Positions 37,301 to 49,300 of a stretch of 64,000 nt of DNA are shown one piece after another; position 1 is the stretch's first letter, and every line of letters starts with the position of its first letter. Location: NCBI RefSeq assembly GCF_008831285.2, contig NC_045138.2:35216001-35280000 (forward strand), written 5' to 3'. A program made the position numbers and the translations under genes. The notes under the pieces were generated by a model that saw only the letters and a list, made by a program, of their open reading frames with translations, did not search any database and was not told where the DNA came from. The DNA comes from Nymphaea colorata (taxonomy: Eukaryota).

Positions 37301-40300
37301 TCTTCCCATGCCTGTCTGAGGAGTCCAAGAACGAGTGCGATTTCCTTGCAGTGCGTGAGTTCCTGTGATCAATACATTGTGGCTGTTGGAAGGAACCAGA
37401 TTATGTCGTTGAACTCGACTAGCTTCATGTTGAAAAAGCTTGGCCTTTAGATCTTCAAAAGATGGGAGAACAGGTAAGTCTTCCAAGGCTGTGCAAAAAA
37501 TATCAAATTCCGTTCCCAGTCCACTCAAGGCTTGTTGGACTTTGTCTTTGTCGCTGACGGGATGTCCAATTGCAGCAAGCTGATCACTAACACTCTTGAT
37601 TTCATTCAAATACTCCAAAACTGTATGCGTCCCACGCTTGATATCCTGAAATTGCCTTCTTAATTGTAGAAAACGTGCTTCCGAGACTTGAGAATATGTT
37701 GTAGCAAGGGTAGACCACAACTCTAGGGCAGTTAAATCATCATCAATACCTCCCAATACCTCTTCTGACAATGTAGAAGTGATATAAGCAACAAGAGACT
37801 GGTCGTGAGCCAGCCAAACTTCATATTCGGGATTGCTCTCAGGAAGAGTTTCATATTCAAAACTGATTTCACTTCCAGCCGAGGCCCCAACACCTTTATC
37901 TCCCACGACTGTCTTCTTTATTTCACGGTTAACATACTTTGGAGGTGCTGGAGTAGTCCCATCGATGTGCCCATACAGTCTATGGCTCTTAATAAATGGG
38001 ACAATTTGGCGTTTCCAAGTCAAATAATTACTATGGTTCAGTTTTTGAGAGATGAGTTGTGAGAGAAAACTAGAGGATAGAAGAGAGGGAGCCGGCTGGT
38101 CCATGATTGAAAAAGAGGATTAGAACAGACGATTTGGGCAGAATTTTAGAGGTCACGATAGAAATTAGGGCAAATTAGGGCAAACCGTGTGACTTAGGGC
38201 AAAAAACAGAATTTAGGGCAACAGAAATTAGGGCAAATCGTGGGATTAAGGGCAGAAACAGAGTTTGAGGATAACCACGGTAGAAAATAAGATTTAGGGC
38301 AGAATACTCCAAGCACGGCAGAAAATAAGATTTAGGGCAGAATACTCCAAGAAGAAATCACTCACCGGAGGACGATGTAACCTGGCTCTGATACCATGTG
38401 AGAATCTTCACTAAAACATCACCGAATCACGTCTCTCCGTCTGAAAATAAGGAGGATGGAGAATAGAGAATAGAAGAAGGCAATGAAGGTAAGAGAACCG
38501 GCGGCCAATGCAACCACACTATGCTTGATCTCTATTATTAAAACATAAACCTAATTAGGTTACAACAAAAAGAGGAATAAAACATGAAGTAATTACAAGA
38601 GGTGCCACCACTTAGACGTGAAGACATAAAAACGAAGTGGATCGGGTCTGAACAGACCCGATCCAGACCCGATCCCTTTACATTGATGCGTACAGACTTA
38701 ACAGTACAGTCGGACACCATGTCCAGGAAACAAGCAGCCAATGTACATGACAGTTAAGTACCTGCAAGGCATGCAACAGTGGAAGGACAAACCAACAAGA
38801 CTACAATGCAAATACAATTCAATGATAGGCCATGATTGTTCACTTGGCCGTGCAGTAAGCAAAACTGCAAGCATAGACAGAAACAACCAGAGACAGTGGA
38901 GAAACCATACCAGCGTTCCAGATAGTTCAAAAACAGCAAAGGTCCACGACCAAATGGCAAAAGTGTCTCATTATAACTCAAGAAAAAGCTGTCAAAGGTC
39001 ACAATCACATTATGTGACACCTGAAAGGCAAAAATCAGAAGGCGCAGTGGCAAAGTCTATCAGAAACCATGTAAGTGAATCTTAACTACATAGTGGAACA
39101 ACAAATAAAATCACAAAAGATGGTACATAAGTCATTCAAGGTGAATTTTATTGCATCTAAACTATGTCACACGGACACGGCAAAATGGGCCACGTACCGG
39201 TGTCGAGACTCCGACACCTGGATAGCGACACTTGGACACGGCAGGATACGTTTTGGATCGGGTCTGGGTCAGACCCGATCCGAACCACTTTACTAACCCG
39301 ACATTCTTTGTTTTATTTGAGACTTTCTTTCTTATGACTTATGAGATTAGCGATAACAATGTTTTGTTTGAGAATCTGAGACTTCCTTTCTTATGACTTA
39401 TGAGATTGTAAGAGTGAATTATTAATTTAATATTTTTTTTATTTTATTATCCTTTTTAATTTTTTAGAATATAAAATTCGCCGTGTCCGCGTATCCTAAA
39501 ATTTTGAAAATTGTCGTATCCGCGTGCCCGTACCCGTACCTGTACCCTTATCATACCCGTACCCGTGTGACATAGCATCTAAACCAACATTTCTGACAGC
39601 AAAATAACAAAGAAGTGCTCAAGCAGAAACAAAACTGTAAAGTTATCACATATACCACATTGTTCTTTGAAATTTCAGGAAATAGTAAAAGAACACAATC
39701 AGCATCATGCAAAATCTAAGCAGAAATGAAGAATATATCAGTTGCAGAATGGAATGGCAATGCCTCGATAGCTCTTCAAGCTTCCACTTCCACTACAAGA
39801 TATCCATATCTCAGGCATGGAAATTAACATGCCATGCTCAGGCAAACATATGATCTTTGTTGGTCCAATTATACCTACCAAAGTATAAGACACATCACAG
39901 CAGTTAATAATGTCATAGCACTCTAGACAGCAGCAGCTAACAAATCCTGTCCATCAGTTCAAAGTAATTAAGACAGCAAGCAACTAAATACGACATAAAC
40001 TTCGAGAAACTAATTCATTTTGTCTAGCTTTTCTAACAAACCAAAGTGACATGATCATTTAGTACCATGAAAGAGCAAAATATCTGAACAAAAACATTGG
40101 AATAGGTTTGACAGCAAAAACATGAGAATTTGTCAACCTAAGCAAAAAATAGCAAATAGTTAGTAGGTGACTCATGTTGGAAGAGCATATTCTTATGAAG
40201 AAATGTACAAGTATATTTTAACAGCAAGAAACCATGAAAAAGAACAGAGATTTCTAAAATGCAAGCTACACTCCAAACCTGAAATCAAGCAAAAATGCAT

Positions 40301-43300
40301 ATTAAAGTTAATGAAACAATGTCTTTGTTACATAACCTCAGAAAGGTCACGGTCATTGCTGGTGATCACTCGGACTAGGTAACCACCACCTATTCCATCT
40401 TCAGATAGTTGATTGCATCCTATTACAATACTGCCATGCCGCACCCATTTGATTGAATCCACTGACACAATTTACAACAGTGTTCTTAAGTGAAGAAAAT
40501 ATAGCAAATCTCCACATCAAGAATGAAAAGAGAAAACATGCATTAAAGGAGTAAAGCCAGCAAATGAGATGTATGATGAAGCAAACATTACATTGACATT
40601 TTTTTACGGACATGGAGAAGCTATAAACTCACTCTTCACATCTGGCGATCTTCATTATTCTGATAAACTATACATGTTCCACAAGCTAACATGGTAAACA
40701 ATAATGTAGCATCAATTAAGCACATCTAATTCAGTGAAATAGCTTACTGTTTTTACTCCTAGGTTGTATTTTATGTTCCTTTTTTGTCTTCCTGTTCAAC
40801 TCTAACCAGACAACATTTGCAGTTCTCATTATTATCACATGAACATATTCTAATTGAAAAGCTTTGGTTCCTCCCATGGTCCTCAACTTTAATATGAATG
40901 GTCTATTTCATCTTTAGTTTCACCATGACAAAAGGTACTAGGCTTAGGCAGTCAACCATCTAAAAGGCTTAGGCAGCACCCAAGCAGTCCAAGAGAAAAT
41001 TAGGAAAAATATAAATAACAAATTGCATAAATATTTAGATCAAAATTAGCATATTGAAAAACAATAGTTAATATTGAAGGGTCAAAAACATAACAGTATA
41101 TGATGTGAATGTATGCACACACATACATATATACAAGGTACAGGCAAGTCAAGAATGGCTGCAGCACACATTAACCAAATTTTTCAAAAAATGATGAGAG
41201 AAAAATGTGCTCAAATTTGTACTGCCCAAATGTCAAAAGAATAGTATTCCATCATCAGGGCCATGAGGTTGTTCAACCTCTTACCATTCCTTTCCAAATA
41301 TGGGAAGACATTTCTGTGAATTTTACTGGAGAACCTCCGGGAGATCCTAAAAAATCAATAATTTTGGAGGTAGTTGATTGATTATCGAATGACACATTTT
41401 ACACTCTATGCCATTGGTTCCGATGCAGCCACAACTCAGGAACATTTTGAAAACTAAATGGCATGCATGGACAGTTGTGACTTGTCAGTGAACCAGACCC
41501 AATTTTCATGAGCCAATTTTGGAAAACCTATTGCACTACAGGGAAAAAAGCTTCCACAATATCCCATCTGTATACAGGCAGACAAATCAAGGTCTTAAGT
41601 CGAAGTTGGAGACTTATGTACATTGTTTTGCAGACAAGGAGCACAATTGGACGAAGCACCTACCCTGGCTAAGTTTTGCATGTAACAGAGCCTACCATTT
41701 CACAATTGGAATCCTCTGTAAGCTGTTTATGGCAGGCTCCCTCCCACCACACAATAGAACCACATGTGTGACACAAGTGGAATAAGTTAATGTGCAGAAT
41801 TGTATCACAAATGAAATTTTCACTGTTCTCAAGAGAAATCTAACAATAGCTGGGACTCCTATGAAATAGCAGCAGGATAATAACAGAGGGGAACTCAACC
41901 TGGGGATTGGACTACGGGTATGACTCAAGGCTCAGCCAACCTGTCACATCAGTAGAAAAGGAACAGCAATGGGTGTAACGCGCGGCGTTTTGGGCAGAGC
42001 GGGTCGGGTCAGGGTCCAGACCCGGACCCTAGCCCCACGCGAGAGGAGCCCGATGCTGTCCCTCCTCCCTCGCTTTCTCTTCTCCTCCGTTTTCCTCTTA
42101 CCGCCTCTTCCTTACCCACGACCGGAACTCAGGGAAGAAGAAGGCGGCGACGGCGACGTCGACGGTGACGGTGACGGCGATGGCAACGGCGACGGTGACG
42201 GCGACGGCGGCGAAGCTTGAGGTGAACCCTGTCGTCCCCTGCCTCTTCCTCTCTTCTCTCTTCTTCTTCCCGTTTTCTTTTCTCTCCTCCCTCTCCCACT
42301 GTCTCTCGTCTCCCCTCTCCACCGAACGACTCTCTCTGACCGTCTCCCTCTTTTCTCTTGTGCCCTCTTCTTCACACAATCCCTTTCCTCACTCTCCACC
42401 GTCTCTCTCTTCTCTCCCGCCTCTCCTCTCACTGCCCTTCTTCCCCATTTCTGTCTGAACCCTCCTCCCCTCGTTCTTTCTTCTGTCCGCCCCTTCGGTC
42501 AGCACCTTCCCCTTGCCTCACGTCCCCAAATTGGGTCTTTCTCCCCATTTTCTAATTGTTTCTCCATTTTTCCCCAACCGAGCACTCTTTCTCATGGATT
42601 TCATCACTGTTTGTTAGGATTCCAGTTGGGGAACGTGTTCTCCCCCTCGTATCAGCGTTTAAGTGGTGTTGGTGGTGGCGGCTTGGCACGATTTCTGCCA
42701 TTTGGGGATGACTGTACGCTCGAGGTGGCTGTTGAAGGCGTCACAGCAGTTTGGACGCTTAGTTTGGGGTGAGCAAGGCCTATTTGAGCTTAGATTATTG
42801 GATATTATATAGTAGAGCATATATAATTATTGTTTGAGCATGCTAGAAGGTAGGATTGATGGTTTGGGACGCATGTTAGAAATTTTGTTTTTGGGAAAGT
42901 TTAGGATTAGGTTGGAAAAGCGATAATTCATGTATTTAATGACCATTTTGGCATGATGGGTTAATTTTTGAAGCAATAGGGAGCGTACGTAAGTTGGAGG
43001 TGCCTTGGGGTAGACGCCTTGATTAAAGAAAAAGAAAGTTTTGAGAAAGGCGTTAGTGATAGACGGATTGATGGCTTTGAGTTTTGACATCTGTTGGCAC
43101 GGCTAGAAGTTGGGAAGTGACCTATTGGAGAACTCGTGGGTCGACACTACCCGTCGACACCCTCTTGAGGCGATGACACGTGCCTCAATGATTTTGTTTT
43201 GTTTTTGTTTGAATTGTTGAGGTATGTAGTAGGAATCTTATCTTGTGTTTGTATCTGCAGGTACACCGGGTACGTCCCGTCGACCTTGAGCTACCGGATT

Positions 43301-46300
43301 CGAAGCTCGAGGCATTTTGAAGATTCTTGTGAAAGCGCCACAGGTATGGCGACATTCCAGGCAAATCCCTGTCTGGGCAAGTGAATGAATGTGTGTTCCT
43401 AGGATCCCATGATCCTAGAATTTGTGATGTGAATTGATTGAGTGTTCCGTGAATGAATGTGTGTATGCATGTACATAAATTGATATATTATATGAATTGT
43501 TTTGAAAGGCTTATAGTAATTGGTTTGATAATGTTATGCATTTGCATGTGCATGCTAGAATTGATAACTGTTTAGGACAGATGAGGCGGGGTATCGAGTC
43601 GAGTGTCTCCTCGACCCCAATTGTGCATTAAAAAGCATCCTAGAATGGTAACTGCATAGGACAGCTACGAGCCCACCACAGATTGAGACTACTTTCTGTG
43701 GTTTGGCTAAGTTTTCAAAGATGTGATTGTTATGATGATGAATGTGAATGTTATGTTTATTGAATACACATTACCGAGGGCAATGATGCAAATGATTGCA
43801 CAAAAGGTAGTTGTACCCATATTGTTATGACGGCTAGCCAAAACTGTTGTGGTTATGTGTAACCCTCGTGTGGAAGCAATTGGAGGTGTGGGTTCACTCG
43901 TGAAGTGAGCCAACCCCATGAGCTAGCCAGTTAATTGTGTTTGTGCAAGTATAAGTATAAGAATGAAAGAATAAGAGATGAGAGGCCAGTGGGATGTGAC
44001 TATGTGTTTGGGAGTTGTCCCGCTTTCGCCACTGGTCTCGCCTGTTCAGAGCGCAGGCGATGCAAGGCCCCAGAGTATTGTTGTGTGATGTGCTTGGAGC
44101 GTAGGCTCCCACCTTCCCAACCTGGGTGTCCTAGGGAAGGCTGAGTATCTCTCCTTGGAATTCACACATCTATGGATGAGTGCTCTACCGCTGCAGCGGA
44201 TAGATGGATCCATACTGTTCTGGGCCACCACGGGGGTTGTCTTTCGGCTGTGGGCCGCCCGCGGTGTGCACGTGCCTGTGTTTGCACCCACAGGAACTGT
44301 AAATTCACTGATAGTAATGAAACTGAAATGTATGTGATTGAAATATACAGGATTGTTGTGCTTGTGACTGTTGTGCTTATGAATGCAAGTGACATGTTGA
44401 GGATGCCTTGCATGTGATTGAAATTATGTTATTGTAGCCATTGGGTGGCCTCTGCATGTCGTGTCCTGACACGACATAATGATAGATTGTTCTGATGTTT
44501 GCTTGTATATTTGAGCCCTACCTAAGAGGGTTTGGACTTTTCCTGGCTTGTTGCCATACTGCGAAGGCTAAGCCTTCAGTTGTTTCTTTTTTTCAGGTTT
44601 TGGCGGACCCGAGGCAGCAGGCAGAGCAGATGGCTACACTCACGTCCTACTGGAGAGGTTTTGGGTTTCGGTTTTTGTAGTGCCGGCGCGTCGGGTTTTG
44701 GTTTTACTGATGCCTTGTTTTTTTATTAGGCATCGATGTTGTGATTTTGGGGCATTTTTGTCAAATGTACAGTTGAACTGAAATGCTATATAATGGAAAG
44801 CTTGCCCCATTGTTTTGAATTGCTTGACTCATTTCTTTTAAACTGTTGTAGTCACACCTCAATGTTGGATGAAAAAAAAAAAATGTTTTGAGTGTCAAAA
44901 GGTCGGGGTGTGACAATGGGCCTCAATAGATAAAGTCAGAACATAAGTCCAGTTGCTTACAAATTATTACTTCCTGAAGGGCTAGTATGCCTCACGTTTT
45001 CCACATTTCTCGCCTCAAACCAGTGGTGGGAGATGCTGCATTATGACAACCACAGTCTCTGTGGCAAGAGGGACAATCAGATGGCCATGTTCCTCTCAAT
45101 CAGCTCAGTAGAGACAAAAAGGAAGGAAGGCTGGTGCAGGATGGCTAATAGAATGGAGGAAAGCTATGGATCAGGACCCATTAGGGAGCCTGTGGATGAA
45201 ACTAAGAGACTTCTTCCAGAATTTTCACCTTGAAGGCAAGGTGTTTCTTCAAGACAAGGGAAATCAATAGTCTTATAACAACCATTGGGATCTTCAAATG
45301 GCATAGTTGGGCTAGGTCTCAGAGTTGTCCACTTGCCGCCAGTAGGATATATATAAACCCTCATTCAGAATACCAATCGATTTTGAATCTCACCATGCAA
45401 TCCCCGTCCCCGTCTCACCATACCAACCCAGCAAAGTGGGTACTTGGATGCACCCGAGTACTTTTTGGATTGAATCTGATCCAAACTACTTACTTTTACT
45501 TGACTTAACTTGTTACTGACTCAGTTTTCATTCTGTTTTTGCGAGTTATTGGTCAACAACATGTAATTTTTTAATTTATATTACTTGTTCATTTAAATGT
45601 TGTTATTTATTTTGATTTTTTTGGTAGCATTTTGCATATATACATATATATACTGCACCATAATCCCACAACTACTTTTTCTAAAATTGTCATGCCCATA
45701 CCCGCATCCATGTGACTTAAAGAACTGCGGGAAATGTCAACATCCAGCTGCAGCAAAAGAATCTTATCACGAAAATGTGTATAAGAGTGTATTAGAAATG
45801 TAGTTCCTTTGCATAGGAGATTTGTTTTCCAAGTATTGTGGTGCTTCACCGCCATGGCCACAAGAAACAGCTGTAATATAAGCAACACATTGAAATAAAT
45901 GCCAACCTTCTATTTTACATGTAGTAGCATCATCTCCATGTGGATGAGGAGGCAGCGGCATGCGAAACCTCTCTTTGAAATCAGATGACAAAATGCATAC
46001 AGAACTCATTTGTGCTATGGCAATTAGATCCCCCTTATGAGACCAATCAACTGCAGAAATACAACGACAACAATGAAAGCATGCCTATTAGAGGAAAAAA
46101 CACTTTACCTTTCAAAAAGAAAGTAAACAAGTCACAACTTTAAGAAAGATCCAGTTCAAAAAATGAAATATGTCTTCATCTAATAAGGTAATCTTTATCA
46201 AGCATATCAAAATCAACTTGCTAAGAATTTCAGAATTCGTCCACCATAAGCAAAAGAGAATTGTCTACCAAAACCTTCTTAAAGAGAGAATTTTGTGTGA

Positions 46301-49300
46301 AACAAGCAAAGGAGAAATGATTTTGACATCTATGCTTACTAGCCAAAGAGTGAAATGAAGAAAAAAAAAAAGTCATGCAATGACATTTTAACCAATATAG
46401 AACAAACAAGGGTAGGGCCTATGCAACACGGACTCATTAAGGAGGTCACAATACCTACATCACATCTGTAGTGCGTTTTGGCTCCAACTCAACAAAGACA
46501 ATTGTCAGCCGTGGCAAATGCAATCAACCCATATATGCAATGTCATAAATTTGGTTGTTCATTAGGTTTGTCTCCCAGACCATCTCTCTCTCTCTCTCAC
46601 TCTCTCTCTCACACACACAATCGCGTGCACATGGTTTTTCTTGTTACCTTCATTAGTACCTCCAAGTTCAAGATGCATGTGAAGACCTACAGACTATTTC
46701 TTCAACACCCATTAATCATAAATTAGGTTTGCAGAACAATTTTGATATTTTGATATTTTGATAGAGGCATATCTCAAGAAAACATAAGCCCCATCCAATG
46801 GTTCCATCAAACTGTCAAAGAAAGTCCCAAGCCAACATTCACAAGCACAAACTTCCATTAGATTTTCTGCAGTTTTGGATGTTCAATGAATTCAGATATC
46901 CAGTTGATGGTTGAAAAGGAAGCAATTGCAAGTGGGAAAGCAATACAACAAACAAGACCAAAAAAGCAATCAATTGAAACTTCTAGAGGATTATATTGGA
47001 TTGGAATCATAGGAAGCCTTATGAAAAGCAGTGCCTAAATCATGTAAAATAGTGGCAAATTAATGAAGCAGAGCATGGAAGTCTGAGAAGAAAATTCACA
47101 GCTAATATTATTCTGTTAGAAGGAACTCTACAGCAAGAAAATAACAACAAAATGCACATTCAACCAAAGCACAAACTATTCCAGTAAGAAGCTGATAAGC
47201 TTTAGGGACAAACCAGTGAAATAATAGAAGTATCAATAAAGCAATGCATGCAAAACCACTAATATTACAAATGTGAGAAACCTAGCTAGGTTTACATCAT
47301 AAGTTAGCAATACAAGATGCCTCTGAATAGTAATACTAATAGAGTATGTTGAAGTAGAAAATGCTTCATAGACAAGCTCATAAAATTGATATGAGCTGAA
47401 GATTTTAAGTACTCATTGATATATTTCATCTAAAACCAAAATCGTTGAAGAAATGACACAACATATTTGCAGCATCTCGAGTTACACTGAAATAAGAAAA
47501 TGAAAATTCTTAACAGCCAAAGATTTCATACTTTTTAAGTTTTAACCATTTCATTACAAGGATTTTGGTCATAGTCTAAAGTCTAAACAGTGTAAATGCA
47601 GAACTATATATGATTATATGGCAAGAAAATGTTGAAAATACACAAATGGACCAAAAAAAAGCCATCAAGAGGACCATCAAATGAAGTTTTTCCTTCTCTT
47701 TCAGTAAATCTGTTTGTCTTCACTAGAAAAATTCAGGTCACAGTAGTGCATTCCCGGTTACTCTTTCTTCACATCCTACAAACCTAGTAATCTGCTCGTT
47801 CTTGTAATTATCAAGTATCAACTACTTGGAAGAAATTATAACTACGGTTTATATGCCTCACTAAATTTAAGAATTCTTTAACTGAGAAGGAGAGCTAAAG
47901 AACAAAAGAAAAAATAGAAAAGCGTTATGGCCCTTATGAACTTTGTCAACGATAAAGATAGCTCCCCTTAAGTTATGGATCGACCATTTTATAGTTATTG
48001 ATTACATGCTCATTTGTTATCATTACAAAAAAAAAGAAAAAGTGGAGGTCCAAATCCTGAGTAATTTATTTGAATTGATAATTCTCTAGTACCTTGCACA
48101 AAATCAAAGGTCGGGTAGAAAAATCCAAGAGCACCACACTAAAAATGACATTAGTACCTAGAAAACAATGTGGAGGTACACACATGCACTCTCACCGAAA
48201 ACAATATGACTATTACAAAGCTGTGAACATATCTAGTAACCACATCAAGGATATAGAAGCAGATAACATGAAGAATTAAGAGTTGTCCTAAAAGCCATAC
48301 GGATTCAAGACAGACCAGCCTCCACGTTTTCTGCTATATCTGTATGCTGTGTGCGCAAACCACCATGATACAGCACTCCGTCACTTGAAAGAGCAACATA
48401 AGCATTCTTTCCACTTTTATCCCACCGAAGATCCTTCACATGGTTAGGTGCATCAAATGACCTTGACATAAATGGTTCCTTCACCTTCATCAAGCAAAAG
48501 GAAAAGTAATGCCATAGGCATGGTAGTCTGAATTAGCTGCAACGTCAAAAATAGGTTAAAAATGCAGGATTCTGGATATGCAAAAGTTGTCTCAACCATC
48601 ACCTTCGAATGTATGTGCAATGCTCAAGGAAGAAAAGCAACAACACAAATATGATGGTGATTCAGCAAAACGAATCCAAGCTATTTTTACACCATTGTGT
48701 ACTAGTCCTTACACTTTTCTAACTGTCATTAAACCACTCAAGTCAAAGAACAAAGACATCATATTTACTATTTTCCTCTTTCCAATAAAGAAAAAAATCG
48801 TTCAGTTATGTCATTTGTTGAGATGTATAGTTGCTTTTATTAAACGTGCCCTTTTAGCAGTTTTAAATGTTATATGGTACAGAATCTTAAAGCCAAACAC
48901 ATAGAGTGATACAGCCATGATTAATCTTGGTGGAGGCTTTTCAAGATGTATGTGGGTAGATGAACTTGAAACATTTTTAGAGCTCCTATCCATCCAATCC
49001 TTGTCCTTCTTGTTAGTTTAGGTGGATTTGAAGAGTTCCTTTCCGTCCAATTCTTGTTTCTTTCTTGTTAGTCTAGGTGGATTTGAAACCCACTAACTTG
49101 GTTCATCTGTATATGTTTTCATTTCAAAGAAGATAAAAATTTCAATTATGTTCACCAAACCAATTCTCAACTATGTTCAGCAAACCTAATTTCCTGTGTA
49201 GTTAAAAAGAACAAAGCAGGTCTACATGATGGGCTTTTAAAGGCTTATTGGAGGCCTCGGTGACTCAGGAAAATAAGGATGACTAGGAACTGACACACAA

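Noticed and set aside
41969..42555. Low-complexity ORFs (GD-, SP- and ER-rich)
   Set aside because: Translations of (GACGGY)n and CT microsatellite tracts inside the solo LTR.
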